The notes under the pieces are model-generated. The model saw only the letters and a list, made by a program, of their open reading frames with translations, searched no databases and was not told the DNA's origin. This document shows, piece after piece, positions 1 to 9,829 of a stretch of 64,000 nucleotides of DNA. This stretch comes from Candidatus Deferrimicrobiaceae bacterium. GTDB taxonomy: Bacteria; Desulfobacterota; Deferrimicrobia; Deferrimicrobiales; Deferrimicrobiaceae. The translations under genes and the position numbers were made by a program. The stretch is from NCBI GenBank assembly GCA_963792415.1, contig CAWBVY010000006.1, positions 480,001 to 544,000 on the forward strand, read 5' to 3'. Numbering within the stretch: position 1 is the first letter of the stretch; every line of letters begins with the position of its first letter.

Positions 1-1054
1 GAGCCTCCAGGTTCCGCAGCGCGAGGCCGATCGACACCGTTGCGGAGGTGTTGAGTACGCCAACCACGGACGGGTCGGCGGCCTTGTCTTCCACCGTCAA
101 CCCCTCGAACGGATCGAAGATCTCCACGTCAACCCCGATCTTTTCCGCCAGCATCTCCTTCAGGAAAGAGGACCTGGACGCCCCGCCGGTCAGGTACACT
201 TTCGTGACCAGGCGGTCCGGATAGGTCGCGGAGAAGAAGTTGCAGGATCGCTGCGCCTCGGTGGCGAGAAGGCTGGAAACGACCTTCATGATCTCGGTGA
301 CTTTCTCCGAGCGCTCCCCGGGGTCCTTCTTTCCCGTCTTGTACTCTTCCGCCGTCTCGAAGCTGACGGCGACCTGCTTCTGGATCTCGGTGGTGTACAT
401 CCCCCCGCCCATGGGGACATCCCGCGTGAAGAGCGGGACTCCGGCGTGAAGGATGTTGATGTTCATGAACGACGCTCCGACGTTGACGACCATCGGCACC
501 TGGTCGTCGGAAACCGGATGGGTGAGCTCGAAGGCGTTTCCCGCGGCCAGCGAGTCGATGTCGACGATCCGGGGGAGGAGACCGGCATCCTTCACGACGG
601 AGATGTAATCGTTGATCAGGTCGGTTTTCGCCGCCACCAGAAGGACGTCCATCTTGGAGGGGTCGTCCTTCAGCGGACCGATCACCTGGAAGTCGATCTT
701 GACGTCCTTGATGTCGAAGGGGATGTACTGCTCAACCTCCCACTGGATCGACTCCTCGAGCTCCTCGGCGGTCGTCGTTGGCAGCTGCACCTTCTTGATG
801 ATCACGGAGTGCCCGGAGAGGGAGATGGCTACCTCCTTCTCGTGGATCTTCAACTCCCGCAAGGCGGTCTTGATCCCCTCGACGACGGCACCGTGGTCCA
901 TGATCGCCCCGTCGACGATCGCGTCGGCCGGAAGGGGGAAGACCCCGAATTTCCGGAGACGGTTCTCGGCGCCCACCGCCTTGACGTGGGCCATCTTGAC
1001 GGAACTCGACCCGATGTCCAGCCCGACGATCTCCTTGCTGCCGAACAGCCCCAT
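1..1054 (-). CDS. pilM: Type IV pilus assembly protein PilM (3' end runs off window)
   Basis: Manual translation from ATG at 1054: MGLFGSKEIVGLDIGSSSVKMAHVK... ending ...SATVSIGLALRNLEA at the window edge; actin-like PilM motifs; absent from ORF track because no stop is in the window. Confidence 0.93.
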   Translation of the reverse strand, partial: MGLFGSKEIVGLDIGSSSVKMAHVKAVGAENRLRKFGVFPLPADAIVDGAIMDHGAVVEGIKTALRELKIHEKEVAISLSGHSVIIKKVQLPTTTAEELEESIQWEVEQYIPFDIKDVKIDFQVIGPLKDDPSKMDVLLVAAKTDLINDYISVVKDAGLLPRIVDIDSLAAGNAFELTHPVSDDQVPMVVNVGASFMNINILHAGVPLFTRDVPMGGGMYTTEIQKQVAVSFETAEEYKTGKKDPGERSEKVTEIMKVVSSLLATEAQRSCNFFSATYPDRLVTKVYLTGGASRSSFLKEMLAEKIGVDVEIFDPFEGLTVEDKAADPSVVGVLNTSATVSIGLALRNLEA

Positions 1055-1076
1055 CGACGCCCCCGTGATCCCGCCG

Positions 1077-1307
1077 CTATTCCTTGGTGAACACCTTGTC
1101 CCGGTCGGACAGCTTCAAGCCCAGCGACAGGATGATCTTGCGCTTCGTGTCCATGCGGCACGCCAGTCCTTTTTCCACCCGGTCGATCGTCAGGACCGAG
1201 ATCTTCGCGCGCCGCCCCAGTTCCGCCTTGCTTAACAGGAGCCCTTCCCTTATCTTTCGGACGTTGTTGGGCTCAACTTTTCCATTTTCTTTTCCGGGGG
1301 TACCCAC
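1077..1307 (-). CDS. Small XRE-family helix-turn-helix protein
   Basis: NNVRKIREGLLLSKAELGRRAKISVLTIDRVEKG is a Cro/C1-type HTH; sits directly upstream of pilM; exact start uncertain. Confidence 0.85.
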   Translation of the reverse strand: MGTPGKENGKVEPNNVRKIREGLLLSKAELGRRAKISVLTIDRVEKGLACRMDTKRKIILSLGLKLSDRDKVFTKE

Positions 1308-1507
1308 CGTGTTCGGATCCTCCGACCTCTACCTGATCTTGATCTTGGCACGCCAGCTCCGCCTTGCTTTCCGGGACCTCTCCCCCTGCTTTTCGGACGA
1401 TGGTGGGCGCAACTTTAACATTTTTTTCCGGGGGTTCCGTGGATATACCGGTTTCCGGCCCCTTCAACCTCTTTTCGTTTCGACGCCGAACGACCTCCCC
1501 GTGAGCA

Positions 1508-1535
1508 AGTATAGTCTGCACAAAGTACGTGTCAA
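1508..1535 (-). promoter_or_regulatory. Sigma-70-type promoter for the HTH-pilM unit
   Basis: Minus strand TTGACA-N16-TATACT in an AT-rich intergenic stretch. Confidence 0.65.
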
Positions 1536-1577
1536 GGTATGTTCAAAGGACCCTAAATGAAGCATACTTATGCGATC

Positions 1578-2975
1578 TTATACTCCCTCGATCCCGAACT
1601 CCTTCGCCTTGTAAAGGAGCGTCGGGTGACTGATCCCCAGCATCTCTGCCGCCTTGGGCCGGCTCCCCCCGGTCCGCTCGAGGGCGATCCGGATCAACTG
1701 GCGCTCGAGTTCCCGAACCGCGGCCTTGAGATCGGGCCGCTCCGGGGAGACGGGAACCCGGATTTCAAATGCCGGTCCGGTCTCCCCTCCCTCGGGGGAT
1801 CCGCCCCCCTTCCACACGGCGAGCAATCCGGCGCGGGTAACTTCGACGCCCGTCGCCAGGAGGGTGCATCGCTCCATCAGGTTGCGAAGCTCGCGGACGT
1901 TCCCCCGCCACTCGTGGGCGGCCATCGCCGCAAGCGCGTCCGCCGACAGGAGCATTTCACGCTTCCCGTACTTCCCGCAATAGTGCGACAGGAAGTGTTT
2001 CGCGAGGAGCGGAATATCGTCGTGCCGTTCCCTCAGGGGAGGGACATGGATCCGGATCACGTTCAGGCGGTAGAAGAGGTCCTCGCGGAACCGTCCCCCG
2101 GCCACTTCGCGCTCGAGGTCGCGCGCCGTGGCGGCCACCAGCCGCACGTTGACCTTCCTCGTCTCCGTGTCGCCGAGGCGGCGGATCTCCCCGTCCTGGA
2201 GGAAACGGAGCAGCTTCGTCTGCAGCGGCAGGGGGAACTCCCCGATCTCGTCGAGGAAGAGCGTGCCGCCGCCGGCCTCCTCGATCAGGCCGGCCCGGTC
2301 GGATCTCGCCTCGGTGAAGGCCCCCCGGCGGTGTCCGAAGAGCTCGCTCTCGAGAAGCGTCTCCGGAATGGCGCCGCAGTTGACGGCGACGAACGGCTTC
2401 CCTTTCCTGCGCCCCCCGAAGTGGAGAAGGCGCGCCACCAGCTCCTTTCCGGTCCCGCTCTCCCCGGTGACCAGCACCGTGGCGTCGTAATCCTTCACCT
2501 TGCCCGCCGTCCGGACCACCTCTTCCATCGGCCCGGAGGCGTAGAGAATCTCCTCCGGGCGGGCGGTCTTCTCGATCTCGCTCCGCAGGAAGGCGTTTTC
2601 GGTCCGCAGCCGCTCCCGCTCCGCCGCCTTCCGGAGGGTGAGGAGGATCTCGTCGCTCATGAACGGCTTCGAAACGTAGTCGTAGGCGCCCAGTTTCATC
2701 GCCTCGATGGCGGTTTCCACGGTGCCGAACGCCGACATCATGATGACGGTCCCGGGGATCCCGCGCGCGGTGATCTCCCGCAGGAGGTCGAGACCCCCCA
2801 TCACGGGCATCCGCAGGTCGCACAGGAGAAAATCGAACGTCGAAGCGCCGAGGACGGCGAGCGCCTCCTTCCCGTCCCCCGCCTGCCGGACCTCGTACCC
2901 TTCCGCGGTCAGGATTCTCGCCAGCGCGTCCCGCAGCGACGCCTCGTCGTCCACGATCAGGATCCGGTCAGCCAT
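1578..2975 (-). CDS. Sigma-54-dependent response regulator (NtrC family, PilR2-like)
   Basis: Receiver domain, GESGTGKE, GAFTEA variant of GAFTGA, C-terminal Fis HTH; position between pilD and pilM as in the M. xanthus pil cluster. Confidence 0.9.
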   Translation of the reverse strand: MADRILIVDDEASLRDALARILTAEGYEVRQAGDGKEALAVLGASTFDFLLCDLRMPVMGGLDLLREITARGIPGTVIMMSAFGTVETAIEAMKLGAYDYVSKPFMSDEILLTLRKAAERERLRTENAFLRSEIEKTARPEEILYASGPMEEVVRTAGKVKDYDATVLVTGESGTGKELVARLLHFGGRRKGKPFVAVNCGAIPETLLESELFGHRRGAFTEARSDRAGLIEEAGGGTLFLDEIGEFPLPLQTKLLRFLQDGEIRRLGDTETRKVNVRLVAATARDLEREVAGGRFREDLFYRLNVIRIHVPPLRERHDDIPLLAKHFLSHYCGKYGKREMLLSADALAAMAAHEWRGNVRELRNLMERCTLLATGVEVTRAGLLAVWKGGGSPEGGETGPAFEIRVPVSPERPDLKAAVRELERQLIRIALERTGGSRPKAAEMLGISHPTLLYKAKEFGIEGV

Positions 2976-4515
2976 GGATTCTCTTTCCTCCCCCGCTCCC
3001 CGCCGCTCCGCGGGCGGACGGCAGCACCACGACGAAGGTCGCCCCCTTCCCTTCCTCGCTCTCCACGCGAATCTCCCCCCCCGCCCCCTCGACGATCGTC
3101 CGCGAAACGGAGAGGCCGAGCCCCGTCCCCTTGCCCGGCTCCTTGGTCGTGAAGAACGGGTCGAAGAGGAGCGGGAGATCGCAGGCCGGGATCCCGCCCC
3201 CGGAGTCGGTCACGGCAAGCGCGACGCCTCCTCCCGTCCCTGCTCCGGCAGCGCGCAGCCGGGTGCCGTCCATCTCCGCCGGGTCCGTCGCCCGCCGGCG
3301 CAGGGGGGATCGTCCCCCGGGGCTCCACCCCTCCATCCCCCAGGTTCGCACGGTCACCCTTCCGCGGCCCTTCATCGCGTCCACCGCGTTGATGACCAGG
3401 TTCAGCAGCACCTGGCGGAACCGGTCCTCGAGGATCGCCGCCCGGGGCGTTTCGCCGAGGTCCAATCGAACCTCAACGTCGCGGAAGAGGTCCCGGTGCG
3501 AGAGCATCCCGACCGTCTCATGCACCACGGCGTTCACGTCCGTCGCCCCCGCCCTCCCGTCGCCGGGTGACGCCACGGAGAGGAGCCCCCGGACGATGTT
3601 CTCGATCTTCCTCGTCTCCTCGACGACCTTGTCGAGGCACACCTTCGACTCCGCGACGGTCGGTTGATGCCTCAGCAGGTGCTCCGCGTACCCGCGGATC
3701 GCCATCAGCGGGTTCCCCACCTCGTGGGCGACCCCGGCCGCGAGTCGCCCCACGGTGGCGAGCTTCTCGGATCGGAACGACTCCTTCTCGGAGCGGCGCA
3801 GCCGTTCCTGCGCCTCGAGTATCCCCTCGACCATCCGGTTGAAGGAGGCGGCGAGCTGCCCCACCTCGTTCCCCTCGACGCCTTCGACGCGCAGCGAGTA
3901 ATCCCCCGCCGCGACCTTCTCGGCGGCGGACGCGAGCTTGCGCACGGGGGAGATCACGGTCCGGTCGAGAAAGATCCCCCCGAAGAGGACGATGACGGCG
4001 ATGTCGATCGCCGCCAGCAGCAGCGTGACGTTCACAAAGGTCCCGACCTCGGCGGCGATCCCGGGGGAATGGAAGCGGACCCGGATGCCGCGAGGCACCG
4101 ACGAGGCGGCGGATGCGACGGGCGGGGGGAGCGGACCGAACGGCAGGATCACATCCACGGTCGGATACACCGGGAGGAGCGGGAACGCCTTCTGTCCCAC
4201 GGGGACGACCTTTGGAAGACCGTCGGGCGGCGGTTCCGGCAGCAGGACGACCTCGTTGACGTACGGGGAGAGGGACCGGAGGAACATCCCGGCGGGGAGG
4301 TTCGGGGACCCCGGGTTCTCCGCGATCTCCCTTTCCACCGTCCTTCGGACGACCCCGGCGACGGAGATGCCGGCTTCCACGTGGCGGCGCTGCAGGGTGA
4401 CCTCGATCACCTTCAGCGCGAAGACGGCGAGGAGCGCGAGGGATGCGGTGGCCACCAGCGCGAGCTGCAGCACGACGCCGGCGCGGATCGAGAGGGGGCG
4501 CCTCAGCGGTCCCAT
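2968..4515 (-). CDS. HAMP-domain sensor histidine kinase (PilS2-like)
   Basis: Two TM segments, HAMP, H-box AHEVGNPL, N-box, FDPFFTTK, GTGLGL; start placed at MGPLRR (4515). Confidence 0.9.
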   Translation of the reverse strand: MGPLRRPLSIRAGVVLQLALVATASLALLAVFALKVIEVTLQRRHVEAGISVAGVVRRTVEREIAENPGSPNLPAGMFLRSLSPYVNEVVLLPEPPPDGLPKVVPVGQKAFPLLPVYPTVDVILPFGPLPPPVASAASSVPRGIRVRFHSPGIAAEVGTFVNVTLLLAAIDIAVIVLFGGIFLDRTVISPVRKLASAAEKVAAGDYSLRVEGVEGNEVGQLAASFNRMVEGILEAQERLRRSEKESFRSEKLATVGRLAAGVAHEVGNPLMAIRGYAEHLLRHQPTVAESKVCLDKVVEETRKIENIVRGLLSVASPGDGRAGATDVNAVVHETVGMLSHRDLFRDVEVRLDLGETPRAAILEDRFRQVLLNLVINAVDAMKGRGRVTVRTWGMEGWSPGGRSPLRRRATDPAEMDGTRLRAAGAGTGGGVALAVTDSGGGIPACDLPLLFDPFFTTKEPGKGTGLGLSVSRTIVEGAGGEIRVESEEGKGATFVVVLPSARGAAGSGGGKRIHG

Positions 4516-4576
4516 GGGAAGAGGATGCACGTTGACTCTGGGGTCACGTCCGTTAGAATAGCAAAAACCGAAAGGG

Positions 4577-5065
4577 GTGGGGAATTTGGGCACGTTCGAA
4601 CATCGCCGCCGCAAGAGGATCGTGGATCCGGGACTCCAGGTCGGGCTGGCCGTCCGGCTCCTCCTTGTCCTCACCGCTCTGCTTGCGGCGGGGATCGCCC
4701 TCGCGTTCGCCCCGTCGGCCTACATCCTCGCCACGACGAACGACCTGAAATCCCTCGAGCCGGCGGCTGCCGAGTTCCTCGTGCTCCACATGCGCCTCTG
4801 GCCCGCCGCGCTTCTCTCCTTCGCCGGGATCTTCGTCTACGCGATCCTTTTCAGCCACCGGATCGCGGGACCCGTCTACCGGATCAACGCGGTACTCCGG
4901 GCGCTCATCGACGACCGGGATCCCCCCGTCGTGAAATTCCGCGACGGCGACTACTTCCACCCCACCGCAACATTGCTGGGAGAGTTGTCGGAAAAGATGC
5001 GCTCCTTGCGGCGGACCCCGGCACCAGGCGAAACCGGCGATCCCCCGCAAGGCGACGAGAAATGA
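4577..5065 (+). CDS. Small two-TM protein with HAMP-like segment (SHRIAGP motif)
   Basis: RRKRIVD N-terminus, two hydrophobic helices, SHRIAGPVYRI...KFRDGD; no signalling output domain; stop overlaps the next ATG. Confidence 0.7.
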   Translation: MGNLGTFEHRRRKRIVDPGLQVGLAVRLLLVLTALLAAGIALAFAPSAYILATTNDLKSLEPAAAEFLVLHMRLWPAALLSFAGIFVYAILFSHRIAGPVYRINAVLRALIDDRDPPVVKFRDGDYFHPTATLLGELSEKMRSLRRTPAPGETGDPPQGDEK

Positions 5066-5487
5066 GCACGTCCCGCGGGATCTTCCTGCGTCCCTCCCCT
5101 GCAGATCGTGGCAACGGCACGCGCGGGTTCACGCTGATCGAGCTCACCATCGTCGTCGCCCTCATAGGCATTCTGGCGGGATTGGCGGCGTACACCTATC
5201 GCATGATGATCAACAAGGCGCGGATGACGCAGGCGAAGACGGTGCTTAGCCACCTCAACAAGATGGAGGCCACCTACTACAGCGACCACGACCGGTACAC
5301 GGACAACGTCGTGCTGCTCGATTTCGACCCGGTGAAGTACCCCTACTACGATATCTCGGTAGTCCTCGACAACGATGCGAGGAATTTTCTGGGGATCGCA
5401 ACGGGGGTCGGCCCCATGACGGGGGACTGGTGGACGATCACCAAAGACGGGCAGCCGGTCCAGGCCGACAACTCGGTGTTCAGATGA
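5062..5487 (+). CDS. Type IV pilin-like protein (prepilin N-terminal methylation motif)
   Basis: ATG at 5062; RG|FTLIELTIVVALIGILAGLA followed by KARMTQAKTVL. Confidence 0.85.
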   Translation: MSTSRGIFLRPSPADRGNGTRGFTLIELTIVVALIGILAGLAAYTYRMMINKARMTQAKTVLSHLNKMEATYYSDHDRYTDNVVLLDFDPVKYPYYDISVVLDNDARNFLGIATGVGPMTGDWWTITKDGQPVQADNSVFR

Positions 5488-6259
5488 GGATCCACCTCCA
5501 GAACACCCCCCCCAGATACCGGGCACCGAAAGCGGCGACGCACAAGTAGGGCCCGAACGGGATCGCCGTCTTCAGTCCCTCCCCGCCCTTTCGCATCGCC
5601 AGCATCCCCCCGGTTGCACCGAGGAGCGCGCCGAAGAAGATCGTGGCGAGCGTCCCGCGCCACCCGACGAACGCACCGATCATCGCCAGCAGCTTGATGT
5701 CGCCGCCTCCCATCCCCTCGGCCCCGCGGATCTTCTCGTACAGGAACGCAGTGGCGTAGAGGATGCCGCCCCCCAGCAGCGCACCCGTGAAACTCCCCTT
5801 CCAATCCCCGCCGGGGAGAAAGGAAAGGAGGAGCCCCGCGGCGAGTCCGCCGAGGGAGAGTTCGTCGGGGATGATCCGGTGGTCGATGTCGATGAAGGCG
5901 ATCGGTATGAGGAGGGAGAGGAAGAGGAGGTCGCGCAGCAGCGGGACCCCGGGCCCGTCCAGTAGAAAGATCGCCACGAACCCGGCCGCGGTGAACAGCT
6001 CGACCGCCGGATACCGCCAGGAGATCGCCATCCGGCACCCGGCGCATTTCCCCCCGAGGGCGAGGAAACCGACGATGGGGATATTCTCCCACGCCCGGAT
6101 CGCCCGGCCGCAGCCGGGACAGCGCGACCGTGGGGAGACGATCGACTCCCCGCGCGGCAGGCGGTGAATCACCACGTTCAGGAACGACCCGATGCACGCG
6201 CCGACGAGGAACATCGCCGAAACGGCGAGGAGGAAGACGCCGGCGGGCAACGCGATCAT
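5480..6259 (-). CDS. pilD: Prepilin peptidase / N-methyltransferase
   Basis: GSFLNVVIHRLP, CPGC/CAGC zinc motifs, IDIDHRIIPD, GMGGGDIKL, IPFGPYL. Confidence 0.95.
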   Translation of the reverse strand: MIALPAGVFLLAVSAMFLVGACIGSFLNVVIHRLPRGESIVSPRSRCPGCGRAIRAWENIPIVGFLALGGKCAGCRMAISWRYPAVELFTAAGFVAIFLLDGPGVPLLRDLLFLSLLIPIAFIDIDHRIIPDELSLGGLAAGLLLSFLPGGDWKGSFTGALLGGGILYATAFLYEKIRGAEGMGGGDIKLLAMIGAFVGWRGTLATIFFGALLGATGGMLAMRKGGEGLKTAIPFGPYLCVAAFGARYLGGVFWRWILI

Positions 6260-7032
6260 TTGAAGTCTTTACGGGAGAAGAGGAGACAGGAAAGGCAGAG
6301 AACGCATGCGGCGTAGGCCACCAGGTACCCCGCCGCCCATCCGAGGATCGAGAACGACTTCAGGCCCCCGTACGCCACCTCGTTCTTCCAGTTGAAGTTC
6401 TCAAGGTTCGGAAGGAGAAAGAACAGGAAACGGCTCCCCCACCGCAGTGCCGTCCCCTTCGACTGCTCCCCAAGAACGTAGAGATAATTCGTCAGATGGC
6501 CGACGAGGAAGAGGGAGAGCGTGAAGATGGCGCTCAACACCGGCGTGGTGAACGTCGAGAAGAGGGAGGCGAGGCACGTGAGCAGCACGAGCTCCATGTA
6601 GATCCCCGCGGAGGCGATGAAGATGCCGACCTCCGCCCTCCCGCCGTGCCGGTAGGAAAGGTGCACGAGGAAGAGGACCGCCGCCATCGCGAGCGTCGTG
6701 AGCAGAAGGGTTACGCTCAGCCCGAGCGTCTTTCCGAAGATGAACTCGAAGCGCCGCACGGGCTTGGAGAGGAGGATGTAGATCGTCTTCCGGTCCACCT
6801 CGTTGCTGACGAGGTTGATCCCGAGGAAGACCGCCATGATGACCCCGAATACGTGGATGCTGGCCAGCCCCACGTCGGCGATGATCCGGGCGAAGTCGCC
6901 GACCGACAGGTCGGCGAGGAAGAAGGTCATGCCGATGACGAAGAGGGCGAAGGCCAGGATCGCGTAGAGGATCTTGTTCCGGATCGTCTCCCGGAAGGTG
7001 TTGGCGGCGATGGAGAAGATCCTGCGGAACAT
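6256..7032 (-). CDS. pilI: Pilus-associated ABC transporter permease (PilI-like)
   Basis: MFRRIFSIAANTFRETIRNK...EVDRKTIYILLSKPVRR...FSRKDFK; synteny pilA-G-H-I-D. Confidence 0.8.
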   Translation of the reverse strand: MFRRIFSIAANTFRETIRNKILYAILAFALFVIGMTFFLADLSVGDFARIIADVGLASIHVFGVIMAVFLGINLVSNEVDRKTIYILLSKPVRRFEFIFGKTLGLSVTLLLTTLAMAAVLFLVHLSYRHGGRAEVGIFIASAGIYMELVLLTCLASLFSTFTTPVLSAIFTLSLFLVGHLTNYLYVLGEQSKGTALRWGSRFLFFLLPNLENFNWKNEVAYGGLKSFSILGWAAGYLVAYAACVLCLSCLLFSRKDFK

Positions 7033-7033
7033 G

Positions 7034-7999
7034 TCAGGACGCCGTTCCCGTCGCGCCGGGGTTCCCGACACGCTCCATGAAAATCTCCTCGAGGTTCTTC
7101 TTCACCGGGACGCACGAAAGGACGTGAACACCCCTCCCGCAGAAGACCCGCGATCCACCGGTTCGCCTGCCCGTTGTCCGGGGCCCGCAGCACGAGGAGA
7201 GCGCCCTGCGACGTATCCGGCGTCCGGAGGAATCCCCGCCGCCGCGAGCCGGTCCGCGCGGGAGGACCGGCGAGACAACCAGCTCGATGTAGAGCGTCTC
7301 CGCCCCGATCAGCTCCTCCACCCGACCCTCCGCCACCTTTCGACCCTTGTGCAGCATGATGACCCGGTCGCAGAGGGCCTCCACGTCGGAGAGGATGTGG
7401 GAGCTGAAAAACACCGTCTTCCCCGCCGCCTTGAGATCCCGGATGATGCCGCGCACCTCCATCCGGCCCATCGGGTCCAGCCCGGACATCGGCTCGTCGA
7501 GGATCACGAGCTCCGGGTCGTGCAGCAGCGCCTGTGCCAGCCCCAGCCGCTGCATCATCCCCTTGGAATATTTCCGGATGGCCGTGTCCCGGGCCCCCGA
7601 AAGCCCGACCCGGGCGAGGAGCTCCGAAGAGCGGGACTCCGTGTCCGCGCGCGACATCCCGCACAGCTGGCCGCAAAGGCGAAGGAACTCCCCGCCGGTG
7701 AGATATTCGTAGAAGTACGGCTGCTCCGGCATGAAGCCGATGCGGCGGCGAACGTCGGCCCCGTCCCGGACCTGCCCGCCGAACAGGGTCACCTTCCCCG
7801 CGTCCGGGAACGCGAGGCGGTTCAGGATCTTGATCGTGGTCGTCTTCCCTGCGCCGTTGGGCCCCAGAAACCCGACGATCTCGTTCTCGCGCACCTCGCA
7901 CGACAGATCCGACAGGACGCGGACCGGTTTCCTCCAGAATCCGGTCGGGTACGATTTCGACAATCCCTCGATGACGAGGATCGGCTTTTCGTGGATCAT
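7034..7999 (-). CDS. pilH: Pilus-associated ABC transporter ATP-binding protein (PilH-like); compensating frameshifts near the 3' end
   Basis: MIHEKPIL start at 7999; GPNGAGKTT, YSKGM, ILDEPMSGLDP, SSHIL; garbled stretch about 7130-7260 before LEEIFM. Confidence 0.85.
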   Translation of the reverse strand: MIHEKPILVIEGLSKSYPTGFWRKPVRVLSDLSCEVRENEIVGFLGPNGAGKTTTIKILNRLAFPDAGKVTLFGGQVRDGADVRRRIGFMPEQPYFYEYLTGGEFLRLCGQLCGMSRADTESRSSELLARVGLSGARDTAIRKYSKGMMQRLGLAQALLHDPELVILDEPMSGLDPMGRMEVRGIIRDLKAAGKTVFFSSHILSDVEALCDRVIMLHKGRKVAEGRVEELIGAETLYIELVVSPVLPRGPARGGGDSSGRRIRRRALSSCCGPRTTGRRTGGSRVFCGRGVHVLSCVPVKKNLEEIFMERVGNPGATGTAS

Positions 8000-8875
8000 T
8001 TCTTCTGGAACACCCGGAGCCGCTGCGTGACCCGGTCGCTGCGCACCTTTCCCCCCGCGTTCGATGACGTATCTCCCCCCGTTGGGTTCCGCCGGTATGC
8101 CCGGCAGGATCCCCGCCCGGACGAGATCCGACAGTTCTCGCGGGACGGCCCCCATCTTCTCCCGATACGATTCCACGGCCCACTCCAATGCCTGGAGGTC
8201 CCGCTCGACGGTCACCTCCCGGATCCGGCGCTCCAGGACCGCCCGCCGCAAGGGATCGCTCTCCTGCCGGACGATCGTCTCCAGCATGGCTAACGCTTTC
8301 CCCGGGTCCTTCGCCTCCGACAACATCCGCGACGCGAGTCCCGGCAGATACGCGGGGCTTCCGGGCAACTGCGCCGCCTCCGCCATCGCCTTCCCCGCCG
8401 TTTCCGTTTCACCGAGGGAGAAGTAGTGCGTGTATCCCATGTAGAAGGGGAAACGCCAGTCGGCCGGGTACTGCTCCTTGCCCCGCCCGAGAACGCGCAG
8501 CGCTTTCCGCGCATGATGCGTCGACTCTCCGAGGACGAGGCCCCCGAGGAGGTAGGGCATCTCGAACTTCGGGTCGAGGTCCGCCTCCACGTTCAGGAGC
8601 ACGTAGAGCCGGTCGTACTCCGTGGGGGTCATCTTCCGGTTCCCGGCCACCTGGACCGCCTGGAGCCAGGCGATATCGGCCAGGAACGTTCCGGAAGCCG
8701 AACGCGAACTCCGGCCTTCGGCTGACCGCGCAGAGCAGACCCGGCCGCTTCCGGACCTGCCGGCCCGAATCCCGGCAAGTCACGCAAGGGGAGCAGTCGC
8801 CAGGAGAAACCCATGGAAACCAGGAGCGCGAAGTGCGGCTGCCCACCCCCACGCTCCCCTCGATGCCTCGTTCAT
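7996..8875 (-). CDS. pilG: PilG-like pilus accessory protein, frameshifted
   Basis: In-frame segments ADIAWLQAVQV, DLDPKFEMPY, YPADWRFPFYMGY, LVRAGILPGIPAEPNGGRY; reading frame broken near 8050 and 8700-8840. Confidence 0.65.
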
Positions 8876-9171
8876 CCCGGCAGGATCCTCTCCATGGATC
8901 GTATACGGTGATCATATCTTTATCAGGTTCTTATCATGGAATCGCTCGCGGGCGTCAAACACGTGGTTACGATACAGCGGGCCAACGTAGTGCGCAAGTG
9001 CGTTCCCCGAACTCACCAAGGGGTACGAAGCATCCTCCGGCCTTCTCCAGACAATACTTGGGAGGGTACAAATCGCGGTGGGTTATGTCCCGTCGCCGGT
9101 CCGTGCAGGATTCCTGATCCGGGTGGATGCACCGGCCATCGTGCGTTTTCGCGATTCGGGAAGCTGTGGAA

Positions 9172-9205
9172 AAGGAAAAGGCGGCATCGCTGCCGCCTTT
9201 TCCTT
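9172..9205 (-). terminator. Rho-independent terminator after pilA
   Basis: AAGGAAAAGGCGGCA-TCGC-TGCCGCCTTTTCCTT perfect 15-bp inverted repeat with T-tracts, about 30 nt downstream of the pilA stop. Confidence 0.85.
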
Positions 9206-9232
9206 CCTGAACACGGTCCTGTTCAGATCAGG

Positions 9233-9735
9233 TTAATTTACCACGTCGTCGGGGTATTTACGAGGGACCTCTGCTCGTCGATCGTCCACTGATCAATCGG
9301 CGGGTTGTCGTTGTCGATTTCCCCGCCGCTCCTATCAGGAAAGTGTTGTCAGTGCGCGCAGGAGTCGTGGCGGTCACGGCATACGCGGGTGGTATTGCCC
9401 GCATTGTCCGTCCACGCGGTCACGACAGCAAAGGTGCCACCGCGCCTGTATCGGTAAAATCTCCGCTAATGTACGAGTACCGCGCCGTCCCGGTCGGCGA
9501 CCAGGCGATCTGCGCGAAAGTTTCCGAAGAAGTTGTGTTCGCCGAAATACGAGATCTCGGCCGTGAAGATCCCGCCGAGGTTCGTCTTGGCCTCGGACTG
9601 CTTCGACTTCGCCTGGAACCGCAGGAAGTTCGGGATGGCGATGGCGGCCAGGATGCCGATGATCGCGACGACGATCATCAGTTCGATCAGGGTGAACCCC
9701 TTCTTGCCCTTCTTGCCCCTCAGCATGCTCAGCAT
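9233..9735 (-). CDS. pilA: Major type IVa pilin (long form), several indels in the sequence
   Basis: KKG|[40 protein letters not shown]; other frames continue [15 protein letters not shown] and [29 protein letters not shown]. Confidence 0.88.
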
Positions 9736-9786
9736 CTTTGTCTCCTCCTTTTGGATCTGGAAAATCGGTTTTGTTGCCCCCCTTAT

Positions 9787-9803
9787 CGCAAGGGGCGGGC
9801 CAA
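9787..9803 (-). promoter_or_regulatory. Sigma-54 (-24/-12) promoter of pilA
   Basis: Minus strand TTGGCCCGCCCCTTGCG = GG-N10-GC about 50 nt upstream of the pilA ATG, downstream of pilR. Confidence 0.8.
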
Positions 9804-9829
9804 AACTTCAGTCCCACCGGAGGAGAAGG

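Noticed and set aside
1343-1362. TTGGCACG as sigma-54 -24 box on the plus strand
   Set aside because: No GC at the -12 position and no downstream plus-strand gene.
7034-8650. Apparent 538-aa PilG-PilH fusion in the ORF track
   Set aside because: A frameshift near 8050 bypasses the pilG stop that overlaps the pilH ATG at 7996-7999; an artefact.
9420-9422. In-frame TGA within pilA after frame correction (LLS-TGA-PRGR) as possible selenocysteine
   Set aside because: It falls in a stretch bounded by compensating indels; the alternative frame reads [16 protein letters not shown], there is no Cys context and no SECIS-like hairpin.
9233-9735. Short Geobacter-type e-pilin reading (89-aa ORF 9466-9735)
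   Set aside because: Pilin-like sequence continues in other frames to about 9233, so the short ORF results from an indel.
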